A stretch of DNA of 64,000 nucleotides from Eledone cirrhosa. Lineage: Eukaryota. Positions 26,901 through 41,973 of the stretch are shown piece by piece. The first letter of the stretch is position 1, and the number at the start of each line of letters is the position of its first letter. The translations under genes were made by a program, and so were the position numbers. The notes beneath the pieces were generated by a model. It saw nothing but the letters and a program-made list of their open reading frames with translations. It was not told the DNA's origin and searched no databases. The stretch is from positions 304,668,001-304,732,000 of the forward strand of contig OZ024743.1 of assembly GCA_964016885.1 (NCBI GenBank), given 5' to 3'.

Positions 26901-28838
26901 CGTTAATCAATTCTGAAGATTGTTCATGCCAATAATTCCTCAAATAAAGCTCATTTTCCATGACTTATTGTGCCTCATTTACTACGTTAATGCAAATTTT
27001 CTAAAAAAAAACTCAGTTGTCTTGTGCGAATTCTAGTGATATCTATGTCAAATGTACAACAGATACATGTGATGTTTCACCAGGATAATTGTTCTCATTT
27101 GATAAATTGTTTACTAGACGAAACACATCTATAATAATAGTTTATTATTCTCATTTTTTCCAATGAAAAATGCTACAATAACATTTCACAATTGGTGAAG
27201 GTACATGATAAGAGACTAGTGTATAAGAATGTCTTTCAGTAAGTTTTACTGAATTTGGTAGTCAGAGCTGTCTCCCGTCCACAATCAATATTGCACACGT
27301 ATTTGCAATGACAGTACTAATATAAACAGTTGAGATACCAACACAAAGTCATATTAGGTAACCTTCATGTAAAGAATGACACTGACGCGTTATTTCTCAA
27401 GCAAATATAATAACATTAAGCCAATGCAAACTATCAGAAATGTGTTTAAATACCATTGCGAATGTTCATGCCAATGCTTATTAATGAGTTAAGAAATAAA
27501 ATTCTAATTCGTATCTGAAACCGGCTTATTAGCTAGAGTAAACAATGTAAGCGGAATACACCGACCTGATTAGCCCCAATACCTAGTCAATGAATAAGAT
27601 TAGCAGAGATTACTCTGTTAGGAAACTTAGGACCAGTTTTTTTCCCTGCGCATATCTTTACAGCCGACATTGTGTCGCAGATATTCACGTACGGGCTGGT
27701 AAATGACAGTCAATATCAGAGGCAGTGTTCATCTGTGGCAGACTTCCCCAAAATAACGTTATTCTAATCATGTTCATGAATCTGCAGATTTGCAGAAAGA
27801 AAATTATATTACATTATGTCCAAACATTTCTCAAAGATATTAATGGACAAGTGAACATTCTTAGTGAAAAATATAAAGTGATTTGCTGATTCGAATTTTA
27901 AAGAGATCTTTTTATTCTATGGCGCCTAACCTGAATAATAAAGTATGAATGTTTATTTATTGTCTACTAATAATGTATTCTCTGAATATTTCAAATTTAC
28001 CAGGCTAACAATGTGCATATTTTCTTAATGATTTTAACATAAAGCCTTCGTAAAGAACGATGATGTCTACCATTCGGCGGTGAGATGTAACAAAAACCAA
28101 ACCAAGCCTGGACTTCTCTACCTTACATGCCAAAAGAAACAAAATAGTATTAGTTAATTGCTAATATTGATTTTTATTCACAACTTCATATATTCTATTT
28201 AGTGTTTTGATTTTCACTTCATTAAATATGATAACATAACTGATTTTTTATGATTTTTGTTTTTACTTGATGGTCTATAAGAGAATTTACTCCGAGTAAA
28301 AAATCTCTAGAGTAATTCACCTTAAATGTATATTCTTGTAAAGTTACTTTGTTACTATTAATTTTTTCTATCACTTAATTTTTTCCAGTAAACCTTTTCA
28401 TATTCACTACATTAATATACAAGCACTAATTTAACTATTATCAATTGTTTTACACAAACACACAACGTCAGATTTATAGGTTTAGACAGTACGCATTTGT
28501 TCTCTATGTAATTTATAAGTAAAGCATTACGTACAAAAAATTATATAGTTCACATGATATCTGCGTTTGCTAACCATAAATATGTATTTGCATTTCAGTC
28601 CCATCGCTTTCATCATATAATAATCTCTTCCCATAGATGCACAGTTATATTCGTAGAATGCGTGTGTGTACTTAAGATTGGGTGAGTGTATATGTGTATG
28701 TGCGCAAGCAATAGTGCAACTAAGAAATAACTTCATGATGAACTAAGGGTTTATGTACCAATATATGTTTATGGCTATAATTGAATGAACACACACACAC
28801 ATATATAAGATAAGGTGATTTGATCACCTATAGGTGAT

Positions 28839-28908
28839 AGTTGCAGAAACTGGAAAAATAATTATAGAGACAGAAAAATATGGAAGCATCTCATAGGCGC
28901 CTATATAT

Positions 28909-28954
<46 letters not shown>

Positions 28955-29011
28955 CGCCTATGAGATGCTTCCATATTTTTTTGTCTCTATAATTATTTTT
29001 CCAGTTTTTGC

Positions 29012-29016
<5 letters not shown>
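28839..29016. repeat. Short inverted repeat (about 65-bp arms) around a (TA)n spacer
   Basis: agttgcagaaactggaaaaataatt...taggcgccta (TA)n taggcgccta...ccagtttttgcaact. Confidence 0.85.
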
Positions 29017-29085
<69 letters not shown>

Positions 29086-29198
29086 AGAAATGTAAGCTTT
29101 CGCCGTATTTTGACTAAATAAATTAAAGAAATTATTTAGCCTGATAGTGGGGTTAAGAACCCTCGGAGAAATGGAAAAAGATGAGTATTGACGTACAT

Positions 29199-29270
29199 GA
29201 TGTGTTGGTGTAAATGGTAGCACTGTGGTCCGGATAACCAAAGTTGTGGGTTCGACTCCTATGTACGTCA
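29199..29270 (+). pseudogene. tRNA-like cloverleaf (pseudo-tRNA or SINE head) inside an inverted duplication
   Basis: Acceptor GATGTGT/GTACGTC, D-arm GTGT..GCAC, anticodon arm TGGT-CCGGATA-ACCA, T-arm GTGGG-TTCGACT-CCTAT. T5 run at 29280-84. Many G-U pairs and no U33. Confidence 0.6.
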
Positions 29271-29323
29271 ATACTCATCTTTTTCCATATCTCCGAGGGT
29301 TCTTAACCCCACTATCAGGCTAA

Positions 29324-29397
<74 letters not shown>

Positions 29398-29446
29398 ATA
29401 AAATTATATATATATATAAGTAGTTCCTCAACAGTAAGTTCACCAT

Positions 29447-29489
29447 ACCGAGTACAAATGTTTCACCTTATTCGGATCCTCAGCTCGGT
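29447..29489 (-). ncRNA. Minimal type I hammerhead (homolog at 50714-50753)
   Basis: Minus strand ACCGAG-CTGAGGA-TCCgaataaGGT-GAAA-CATTTG-TA-CTCGGT. Confidence 0.75.
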
Positions 29490-29728
29490 CTATCCGAATA
29501 AGGGGAAATACTTGTTCTAGAATTGGTGAAATTAATAAGACTTACAGCGGTCTCAGAAGGGAGTTAACCAGTCGTGTGCTTACTGGATTTTCTAGCAAAT
29601 ACTGTACTCACTTAATGTCCATTTTACCTCCTTCTCAGACCGCTGTCTCACGTGTTAATTTCTCCCTCTGCCTCTTGAGAATTTCTCACTACTTACTTCG
29701 GGTCTAGAAGCAGTACACTAACTGAGCG

Positions 29729-29819
29729 GTCTCTTGATAAGTTTTATTAAACTCACAGCAATAATGCTCTCCTTAGTGCATCTTGATGCAAAGTGATTCG
29801 GCGAAATTGCAGTCGAGAC
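29729..29819 (+). ncRNA. Type I hammerhead (U3-A8 core, expanded loop II)
   Basis: GTCTC-TTGATAA-GTT...GGC-GAAA-TTGCAG-TC-GAGAC. The downstream part is inverted at 30040-30185, and a truncated minus copy lies at 34028-34250. Confidence 0.7.
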
Positions 29820-29984
29820 GTTGATTAAAAATGGATATATTTTTGTCTATTATTTCCTCGCATTTTTAATTTAATAAGTAGCTCTGATCAAATACTTTTT
29901 TGAATTCCTTTGAATTTTATAACTCTTTCGGTCAACGAGCAAAACTGATCTAGTGGGCATCGTACACACACAGACACACACACA

Positions 29985-30049
<65 letters not shown>

Positions 30050-30179
30050 CTGTGTGTGTAGGATGCCCACTAGATCAGTTTTGCTCGATGACCGAAAGAG
30101 TTATAAAATTCAAAAGAATTAAAAAAAGTATTTGATCAGAGCTACTTATTAAATTAAAAATGCGAGGAAATAATAGACA

Positions 30180-30225
<46 letters not shown>

Positions 30226-30231
30226 TATATA

Positions 30232-31135
<904 letters not shown>

Positions 31136-31723
31136 ACAATGCAGATGGGTAAATATACGGGTAACAAGATCCGGTGATGGTGAGAGAGATATAAGTGGGT
31201 GTACGTTGAGATGCGTGGTGTGTATAAGACTGTAAAGTGTAGAGGAATGAAGCAAAGAGCGTAAAGGACAAAAATAAAAATAACAACACGAGAAAGAGTT
31301 ACCTTGGGAGAGATTTAATTGTCCCTATATATTTCGGATTCACATCCATCAACTCTGGGTGTTTTTCCGGGGGGGGGGAGAGGTTGTGTGTCGGAAAGGC
31401 GCGAAACGCGTCCTCCGCTGTTCGTTGTTTTGGATATCTGAGGTATTCAGTAGAGCGCGCGTGCGCGTGAAATGGTGCCGGTCAGGCAGAGGTCAGCGGC
31501 CGAAGTAGTTTTTCAATTGTGGGAGTGGGGTGGCGCTAGCTGTCAGTCCATTCTCTGCCTGTTTGGTGATGTTACTGTGTGTGTGCGTGTGTTGTTGCCT
31601 TGTTCCTCTGTATTGGCAGTGTAGTATGTTCGTATGGTGGAATGCTACTGTGTGTGTGTGTGTGCGTGTGTTGCTGCCTCGCTTGTGTGTGTGTGTGCGT
31701 GTGTTGTTGCATCGTTTGTTAAC

Positions 31724-31978
31724 TTAAACCAACCACCTCATTTCGCTTCTCTCGGATCGGTTGTTTAATCGTGGCCCTATGCGTTTGATCCAAATTGCTT
31801 GCTTGATACGTAACGTGCCGACGTTTCTTTCTGTCGCTAGAATTGTGACAATGGGCCTTCCGTCTTTGTTTCCGCATTTGGCTATGTGTTTCCGGAAAGA
31901 CGAAGCCCTGGTTTTAGTGTGTTCCTTGATCCGGATGTGCAACGGCCGGATTGTGCTACCTATATAGTATTGGTTGTA
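31724..31978 (-). pseudogene. Penelope-like GIY-YIG endonuclease C-terminal fragment
   Basis: YNQYYIGSTIRPLHIRIKEH...FRKHIAKC...LRIKQAIWIKRIGPRLNNRSE. 5'-truncated at (TA)n. Confidence 0.8.
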
Positions 31979-32027
<49 letters not shown>

Positions 32028-32153
32028 TTAAGGATACTATTTATGGTTATGTATATACTAAAATCTTTTATAGTTATATATATTTTAAACCCTAAATGGT
32101 GAAAGACAGTAATTTATTACTATCTTATTACCAGTAAGATAAATAGCTCAATG

Positions 32154-32237
<84 letters not shown>

Positions 32238-32240
<3 letters not shown>

Positions 32241-33833
32241 AAAAGAATGAAACGAAATTTCATTTCTCACTCTTAGTACGGCTGATACCTAAATATACGT
32301 ATGTATACGTACATAAATATATGTGTACAGACGCACAGTAGTATGTATGTATATACATACATGCACACATATATATATGTACGTATCGGTTTACCGAATA
32401 TTTATTTTAATGTTCGGTTTGTTTGTAAACAAACAGCCCGAATTACGCCGTACGGTGCTCAGCAACCTTCGTCGCCCTTTTGTTCAACACAGGAACGATG
32501 TACTAGTTTCAAGCTTATTATCTATCGTCAGCATCGTATACCTTTCTTTCAGATGATTGAACGTCTGAAAGTATATACTTTCCTTATGCATATTAACGGC
32601 TGAGCAGCCTAATTTGCATATCGAATGAGTTAGCCGACCGGGCATTCCGAAAACGATAAATGGAAATGAATGAAACGAGATTTCATTTCTCACTCGTAGT
32701 ACGGCTGATACCTAAATATAAGTATGTATACGTACATACATATATGTGTACAGACGCACAGTATTATGTTTTTGACAGTGTCGGTAGGGGCTCGGACGCC
32801 ATGCTTTGCAGCAAAGAGTTACGGCCCTTTATGGTCTGAGTTCAAATCCCACCGAGGTTAACTTTGCCTTTCATCCTTACGGGGTCGATAAAATAAAGTA
32901 CCAGTAATGTACTGGCTAATTGCTGGCGTTGTGCCATATGTAGAAACAATTATGTATATATATACATACATGCACATATATATATATGTACGTATGGGTT
33001 TAAAGAATATTTATTATAATGTTCCGTTTGTTTGTAAACAAACAGCCCAAATTACGCCGTACAGTGCACGGCAACCTTCGTCGCCCTTTTGTTCAACACT
33101 GACACAGGAACGATATACTAGTTTCAAGCTTATTATCTATCGGCAGCATCGTATACCTTTCTGTCAGATGATTGAACGTCTGAAAGCATATACTTTCTTT
33201 ATGCATATTAACGGCTGAGCAGCCTAATTTGCATATCGAGTGAGTTAGTCGGCCGAGCATGCCGAAAACTATAAATGGAAAAGAATGAAACGAGATTTCA
33301 TTTCTCACTCTTAGTACGGCTGATACCTAAATATAAGTATGTATACGTACATACATATATGTGTACAGACGCACAGTATTATGTATATATATACATACAT
33401 GCACATATATATATATATGTACGTATGGGTTTACCGAACATTTATTATAATGTTCGTTTTTTTTGTAAACAAACAGCCCGAATTACGCCGTACAGTGCTC
33501 GGAAACCATCGTCGCCCTTTTGTTCAACACTGACACAGGAACTTTCAAATGTTTAATCATCTGACAGAAAGGTATACGATGCGGACGATAGCTAATAAAC
33601 TTGAAACTAGTACACCGTTCCTGTGTCAGTGTTGAACAAAAGGGCGACGATGGTTGCCGAGCACTGTACGGCGTAATTCGGGTTGTTTGTCTACAAACAA
33701 TCCCAACATTATAATAAATTTTTGGTAAACCTATGCGTACATATATATATATATATGTGTGCATGTATGTATATATATACATACTACTGTGCGTCTTTAC
33801 ACATATATGTATGTATGTATACATACTTATATT

Positions 33834-33835
<2 letters not shown>
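32238..33835. repeat. Repeat family B: about 2.7 tandem units plus an inverted partial unit; HHRs at 32496-32536 (minus), 33111-33151 (minus), 33577-33617 (plus)
   Basis: Unit about 440 bp. Inversion junction near 33540. Cores read CTGACGA, CTGCCGA and CGGACGA. Confidence 0.85.
32773..32952 (+). mobile_element. Nin-type SINE inserted into a family B unit
   Basis: Matches 17315-17505 and lengthens the unit spacing to 615. Confidence 0.8.
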
Positions 33836-33911
<76 letters not shown>

Positions 33912-35477
33912 CACACAATATATATATATATATATTAACTATACACACACACAGATATATATGTATATATAGTAACGATACACACATATATATATATATG
34001 TGTGTGTGTTTGTGTATATGTATGTGAGAGTACGATGTCCACCCAGATCAGTTTTGCTCGAAAACCGAAAGAGTTAAAACAATTCAAAAAATTAAAATAA
34101 TTATTTGATCAGGGCTACTTATTAAATTAAAAATGCGAGGAAATAATAGACAAAAATATATCCATTTTTTCATCAACGTCCCGACTGCAATTTCGCCGAA
34201 TCACTTTGCAGCAGAATGCCCTAAGGAGAGCATTATTGCTGTGAGTTTAAATAGATAGATAGATAGTTATGTGTGAAAAATTCACTAAGCAAAATATTGA
34301 AAAGTGTTTTTTTTTATAGCGAAAACGTTGTTTTTTTTTATAATGAGGCTGTCACATGTTTATTATATATAGTATATCCTTTCATATACACCGCTATAAT
34401 GTCACTGCAACTGTCAATAATGCTGTGATGTTTTTGATTCTGTCGCTATGTTTTCTGGTTATTGGTGTTGTACATTATGGAAAACAGTGCCACGCACAGT
34501 ACAGTGTTAATCTGTTGGGAGTTTGCTGGATGTAGTGTTTTAGTTTGTGATGACTGAAAGTACAAGTCGTAGGTCTTCCACGATGAAAGTTGGCGCCTCT
34601 TAAGGTGTCAATATTCCTTAAAGAAGTCGTTCTTTGTGTTCAGATATGTTTTCCGATGAGTTCTACACAGTAGAATCCTAAACGTTTCACTGGTGCAGAG
34701 GGGATATCTCTTTATTCCATAGATGTATGGTTTGGACTACCCCAGCTATCTCAATTTTATTTACTGAAGATTAAAGATTATGAATATACACGATTATTCG
34801 CAGATACACCAACCTTCCCAAAGGATGTAAAATTATGAAATCAACCTTATGGTACAAAGCTCGTCATTTGTAACGGGTAGTATGGTAGTATATATAGTAT
34901 ATGTATATACATCGACACACACACAAGCACACATATATACTGTATATACATACATACATATATGTATGTGCCTGTATGCGTGAGCATGTGTTCATGCGGG
35001 ATGGTGTATGTTTATGCGAACGTGGAAAACTATGTAGGTATATACATAAATTAGAACCTATATCAACAAGGAGCACATATAGATATAAGGATGTTCTCAC
35101 AACAACTGGTGATTATATATATAAACAAAATAGAGAAAAAAATACATTATCCAGTGGCGGATAAAAAATGAAATGGAAAAGTAAATTACGAGGTTGTGTG
35201 TAATACAATAAGTTTAACTCAGCCGAAAGAGAATTGTATTTTTTCCATAGTAACAACTAAAGAAACGCCTTACATCTGTCGATTTTTTCCCATTTCACAC
35301 AGAAATTAGGCGATATTCTTGAGGCCTCTTTTGCAGTGAGAATAACTAATAGATTTATTTGAAACTTATTGAATGAAAGAGCTGTACATGAAAAGAGTAC
35401 TTGGAGATAGAGAAACGAAAAAATAGGTTTGATAGATAAGGAATGGAGTTGTGATAGAAGAGAACATCAATTAGGCG

Positions 35478-35514
<37 letters not shown>

Positions 35515-36265
35515 GGAAGAGAAATAGAGAGAGAGAGAGGAAGAAGGAAGAAAGTGAGAATATTAGAGATTAATGCTTACTAGTTTAAGTAAAAAAACAT
35601 ACAACAGGTTGCAAGTAGTTACTGGCTATTCACATAAACAAATTTGGTTAAAATTGTTATTAGATAACGAAGAGATTGAAAGATTTATACACAGACAAGC
35701 ACACACATGCACACATACAATCACACATACACACATAGATGTATGTGTATAATTTATATATATGCGTATATGTGTGTGTGTTCATTAACATCATCTCCGT
35801 TTAACGTAAATTTTCTATGAAAGCAGAGGTTAAATGGACAGTCATGTTATGAAAACCTTCTTTTCATGCGCATCGGTTTGGTCCCATTTTATCTACGAGA
35901 ACCAACTTACATTGTGTACTATGAATTATTTTCGTGGCACTATGCTATTACAGGGTGAACTGGGCGATTTTTGTCGTGGCACAGGCCTACCACTTTATAG
36001 GATGGACTTACACGTAAATGAATAATTTATATATATTTGCACCGATATACGTATATATCTTGTCTTTTTGTGGTGTGTTCACACCACAAAGCAACAGCAT
36101 GGTGGGAATAGAACAAGATCATAACAAAAACGAGATACAGAAGAATGAATAATCTTTGAGAAGTTCACAGAATGTGTTACGAAAGAGATTTGACCTTCAC
36201 AGATTATAACGACACACACAAACACATACACACACAAACACATACACACAAGCACACACACACAC

Positions 36266-36362
<97 letters not shown>

Positions 36363-36721
36363 GAAATGCATATGTGTGTGTATGTTTGTGTGCGAGGGCG
36401 TGTGAGTGTGTGTGTATGCGGGGACCTTTCTATATGTATTTGTGTATCTACTAAAATATATAATGCTTGCATACAGCTAAATATGCTTGTGTATGTGGCT
36501 CAAACGACGTATAACGTATGAAAACCACTTGACATATCAGTTCTAGATACAGTCACAATCCAAAAGAATGCATAGTATTCGCAACATGTATTCTATTATC
36601 ACTTAAATTCAATACACTTGATCACTTGTTGATTGAAAGCCCTCTATCACGAAAGGTCAAGCAACTTAACTCGCTTTGCATTAGTTTTCCATTGGTAAAA
36701 AATGTTCCAACCCGGAATAAC

Positions 36722-36755
<34 letters not shown>

Positions 36756-36757
<2 letters not shown>

Positions 36758-37200
36758 AGGGCAGGTAAAATTCCTGAGATCCATGGACGAGGTCTCTCCA
36801 GCGGTCTCTGCCCCTCATTATCGCTGCCATCTCCTGTGTCTCCAACAGACCAGTGTCTGTCCTTAGGGCATCAATATACGTTAACCTTGGTCTTCCTCTT
36901 CCAGTGTGTTCATGTAGGGGTTCCCACGGGAGCACTGTGTGCAATGTCAACTCTGGATGTCGGTGAGCATGTCCAGCTAACCCCAGTCTCCTCTGTGTCA
37001 CTTTTGAGCTGATTTTGGGAGGCTCCCATGCAGCTCTGAGTTTTTACATCCTCAGTGTATACTGATTAATGTTCAGAGCCATCCTCAGCATTCTCGTGTA
37101 GCACCCATCCACCATCTGAGTGAGTTTCTTGGTCAGTATCCAAGTCTCAGACCCGTACAGCATCACAGACTCCACTACAGCAATGAAGAGGCAGATTTTC
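36756..37200 (-). pseudogene. RTE-clade LINE 3' end (5'-truncated)
   Basis: [63 protein letters not shown]. Flanked by (TA)n on both sides. Confidence 0.85.
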
Positions 37201-37204
37201 ACTC

Positions 37205-37326
<122 letters not shown>

Positions 37327-37394
37327 CTATCTATACCTCCATCTATACCTATCTATCTATACCTATATATCTATTTATCTCTATACATATATAT

Positions 37395-38330
37395 CCCCTA
37401 TTGCTATATTTTCCATTACATTGGTTAAATTATATTTTAGTGAATGTTTTTAGTTAGTAGAATGTTTTTAGTTAGAAGAACCGCTATAGAACACCTCGAA
37501 CCAAGGATAACAATATAATAGGACCAATATACATCCCATAGCTGTAACTAACTAAAAACATTCACTAAAATATAATTTAACCAATGTAATGGATACGATA
37601 GCAATAACATTGATACTCTCAACACATACACATTTGAACATTACAGAAACAATCATCGCATTACATCCACCATAAACTCGCAATTTTAATACACAAACAC
37701 CTTTGCTTGCTTGATATGCATGTAAACCTATGTTATTTTATGTGATACCTTTGCTATACAGTAATTATATATGCCTAGCACCATTGCTTGTCTCCTTCCT
37801 ATATATGCCTAACGCATTTGCACTCTCTGCACGCTTGCATATGTACTGCTGGTGTCCTCGTTTTACGAGTAAAATTTCTCCTTAATGCCTCTTTAATTAT
37901 TATACTATTCCCTTGTGATATCTGTCGCATGCATTCCACTCTGTGCTTTCTAATTTTAATTATAATCATTGTACAATTCTCTTGTAATATAATATATGTC
38001 GCATCCATTCCACTCTGTAAATCCGAAACTGTTGTTGACAGCATTAATATCCATGTATCTACATGATTGTTCAGTTGAATAGGAGGTTAACTATATGTAC
38101 AAACATTGCTAGTACCCCGATGAATCCAAACGAAGAAGAAGAAACGATCGTCAGCAATAAAATGATTTGAACATAACTTTGATTATTGTGTAATTTATAT
38201 TCCTGCTCTGTAAAACATCTGATGTATTGTGCTATTTTTCTTACTGGTAATAAGGTAGTAATAAATTACTGACCTTTCCAGTTTATAGTTGTGTAGTGTA
38301 TACATAACTATAAATAGTACCATTATTATA
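37395..38330 (+). mobile_element. Repeat family C with 5' inversion and HHR-like motif at 38105-38158
   Basis: Homologous to 59420-60250 (minus) and 32040-32160. Motif CCGATGA...GAAA-CGATCG-TC-AGCAAT. Confidence 0.6.
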
Positions 38331-38979
38331 TATATATATATATAGGAGGAAGTTATAGTTCACTTGAAGCATTGTGTAATGAGGTATAAACTTTTTTTAT
38401 ATGTATAATAAAGCCAAAACAATGCAGGTATGGACATAGAATAAAGAATGCAAATGCAAAAGATATTGTTGACAATTAGTCTTTTACCTTATATTTATTT
38501 AAATGTCCTTAATTTTCGAGATAATATCTCTTCTTCGGAGGGAGGTAAAGCGGTTAAACCAGTGTTCTAAATAGCTTGCCAAGTCATATATATATATATA
38601 TTAGAAAGTGAGGTTTTTTTTACAAAATGAAAAATAACCGAGGTGTCCTACACGAGTGAAAGTATATATATATATATATATGGAATGTAATGTGCAGTTA
38701 CTGTAGGTTCACCTGAGCTTGCACTCAATGCATATTTTCCAGTCGGTAAAGAGGTGTAGAATTAGACCATTCCTTGTAGCAAAACTACCAATTAAAACAA
38801 CAGTAACTGACCACCATAAATGAATGTGAATCGTTATAGACCTTTCTAAGCCCTACAGTTTCATTCTGCCATTACCACAGCAGAGGACTGACGAGCCTTT
38901 GATTCCAGAGTCGAGCTAGAACGATACAGAACGAACATTGAACTGATAAATAGCGAAACGCGCATCACTACTCAATAAA

Positions 38980-39130
38980 CATAATTGTTTCTACGTTAGG
39001 CACAAGGCCAGCAATTACCCAGTGTATTACTGGTACTTTATTTTATCGACTCCGTAAGGATGAAAGGCAAAGTTAGCCTCGGCGGGATTTGAACTCAGAA
39101 TGGCAAGGGCCGTAACTCTATGCGTCAAAA
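38980..39130 (-). mobile_element. Nin-type SINE (5'-truncated)
   Basis: Reverse complement of 17355-17505. Confidence 0.8.
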
Positions 39131-39210
39131 AATATAATGAAGGCAAATCGTCCCTTTATTATTATTATCACTAACACACACACACACACACACACGCACA
39201 CACGCGCACA

Positions 39211-39261
<51 letters not shown>

Positions 39262-39329
39262 CTGTGTGTGTGTGTCTGTGTTTGTTGTGTGTGTGAGTGT
39301 AATACGTAAATTACCGTGTTGTGTCGGGG

Positions 39330-39900
39330 GTAATTAGAAGTTGCTCAGCAATACACCCAACATCCTTTCTTCACAGCTACTTTCTCATCTGTGATAATAC
39401 TGTTATTGCCACAGTGATCCAGGAGGAATAGGTTCAGGAGGGTAATAACCATATACATTATTTTTTTGGTATGCAATAGGTCTTTTTGCCAAGTGGGATT
39501 CATTTCTTTTTGGGACCAATGTTGTTTCTGTTAATGTCAACAAGTTTGTATAGGCATCTCCCTAGAGAACTTTCTGGTAGACGTTAATAAAATGCATCCG
39601 ATATAAAGTCAGTTTTCGTGTCAGTAGCTGATAATAAAATCTATTTCTGGTGCTTTCATATTCCGAAATGTTCCTGCAACAGTCTCAAGGGTATCATCAT
39701 TGATGCTGTATGATTTTGTTGTAATGCAGGTGCAATCGTTCGTTCGGATCTCTTTCAACTTTAATACATCACGTTTGAAGCTCTTTTCTTCGTCCATTTT
39801 TTTTCCTCGAGAAAGAATTTATATCTTTTTGATATGGGGTCTCAGTGACATTTATTGATTCCCCCCTCATATCTCTATTGACTAATATTTAGTTTCAGCT
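39330..39900 (-). pseudogene. R4/Dong-like RT N-terminal domains, decayed
   Basis: Minus strand NMKAPEIDFIISY, TTLVPKRNESHLAKRPIA, LLNLFLLDHCGNNSIITDE..VRKG..EQLLI. Confidence 0.6.
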
Positions 39901-39999
39901 TAATATTATTTTAACATTTTCCTTTGTGCCACTCTCGAACTTTCCCGCTTATAGCTCTCAATTCTGGTTTGAGGGTGATCAACTTGTATTGAAGAGTCC

Positions 40000-41010
40000 T
40001 GCTTATACTGTCTCCAAACATAATTTCTATTTCATTTTTCACCCTTTGTTATTGAGAAGTGTATTCTTTTGATTTTGTTTATATGTGATAAGCATTGAGT
40101 TATGGCCGGTAGTTTTTCGTAGGTCAGTGATGTCTTTTTTTTTATGAAATATACGATGACATTTTTTGTGTTGATTTAATTCTCTTAACATACCTCTTAT
40201 CACCAAAATAATGCTTCATTGTCGTAAGTATACACGTCCAATTTCAACGACAGAATTTCTTTTTATTGACGTTTTATGTCTTTTTCCGAGAGAAAATTAT
40301 ATACATAAATTAATCTTATTGGAAAGTTTCACCAAGAATGCGTTTTATCTCTTTGTACTTTTCACTTTCCCTGCAAATTATAGACTTACTATCAATGAGG
40401 GTATTTTGATGCTGATGGTTATCAAAGCTGCGAAATATAGCAGTCGTGGTAAAGTCTGTCGTGACGCATGGCGTCTCATTTTTCGCTGGCAAGGCTGTTT
40501 CAAAGGACTTTTTGCGTACTGCTCTTGTTTGATTTTAATGGTATGACTGTCTACGAGAAAACGTAGTTACATGGCGGCCTTTTGTGATACATGTTAATTG
40601 CATGTCTGATCTAGGAGACTGCTCATTTAGTTTTGTTATTTGTAGTGGTTTCACAATTTTATTTTTGTTTTGAATGATGTTTGGTTGGGAAATTATTTAG
40701 CTCTGGGTGAAGTTCGCCCTAATGTAGTGTCATTCTATTCATAGAGCCAATGAAGGAATCCTTTTTGTCATTTTATATTAATAAAATAGGTCTTTATTGT
40801 GTTCGTATGTCCAGGAAATATGCGATTTATAGTTTCAGTTCATTCTGTAACTGCAACTAAAAACATGTTTACTTTTCTCGTTGGTGCTTTTTATTCGATT
40901 CCTCACTAGTATTGTTAATGTTAATGTTGTCATGTTCAGCAATGTTGTTTGTAGTAAATCCTTGTAAGGTGTATTCAATATTTGGATGGATATCACTATG
41001 ATGTCAAGTA
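40000..41010 (-). pseudogene. Possible highly decayed L1/Tx1-type APE endonuclease region
   Basis: Only scattered motif-like pieces (LDIIVIS; KAPT; GHTNTI; TDFT). Strand composition resembles 62380-64000. Confidence 0.3.
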
Positions 41011-41504
41011 AAAGGTGTCTTTAATGATGAATATCACGAGAAAAATATCCAGTTATTTAACAAGGCTGGTAGCTGAAGCATTGACCTCTCACGTCAATAT
41101 GTACGTAGGTATACACACAAACACACACACATACACACACGCGCACACAGACGCAGACAGACACACACACACACACATAAATATATATGTATACATTATA
41201 CTATGGTGCTAATCGCCCAAGGATGTGCAGATCACATTAAGGTTGGTTGGCTGTGATGCAGATAAAATGAAGCGATCAACAACCTGTATAAATGGTACAA
41301 GTCGGAGGATTATATAACATTAAAAAGATCGATTTAAGAGTTGATTTAGGTTTATCTATATCTCCATGATACATATTTTGCTGATGATTATCAATTCTGA
41401 TAGTCTGAGCTCTTCGGACGGCATAAAAACCTTTAAAAAATATAATAATATTTAAAAAAAGCTTCCCCGAAACATTCTTACTTTTCTATATATACATATC
41501 TATC

Positions 41505-41605
<101 letters not shown>

Positions 41606-41676
41606 TCATACACACATACATAGACACAGACACACACACACACACACACAAACACATACATATATATATATAAAGA

Positions 41677-41720
<44 letters not shown>

Positions 41721-41973
41721 GACAGATATTGGAAATAGCACGGAAAATATATTTAAGGGTTTGTTTTTCTTTTTTTTTCCTTTCTTTGTTTCGCCAAAGT
41801 GACATTATTGAAAAAATGAGATGGAGAATTATTTTAAAAAATAGTTTTATAATGTATATAAGGTATATGAAGTATAACCGGTTTCAATGTATTATGAACA
41901 TTCATCTTATCAAATGTTGAGTATTACAATTAAAGAGAATTAATAATAATTAAAAAACTAAAAATTAAAGATT

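Noticed and set aside
31320-31420. HHR half-motifs downstream of the GIY-YIG fragment (GAAATATATA on minus, GAAACGCGTC on plus)
   Set aside because: No CUGANGA/UUGANAA core in register.
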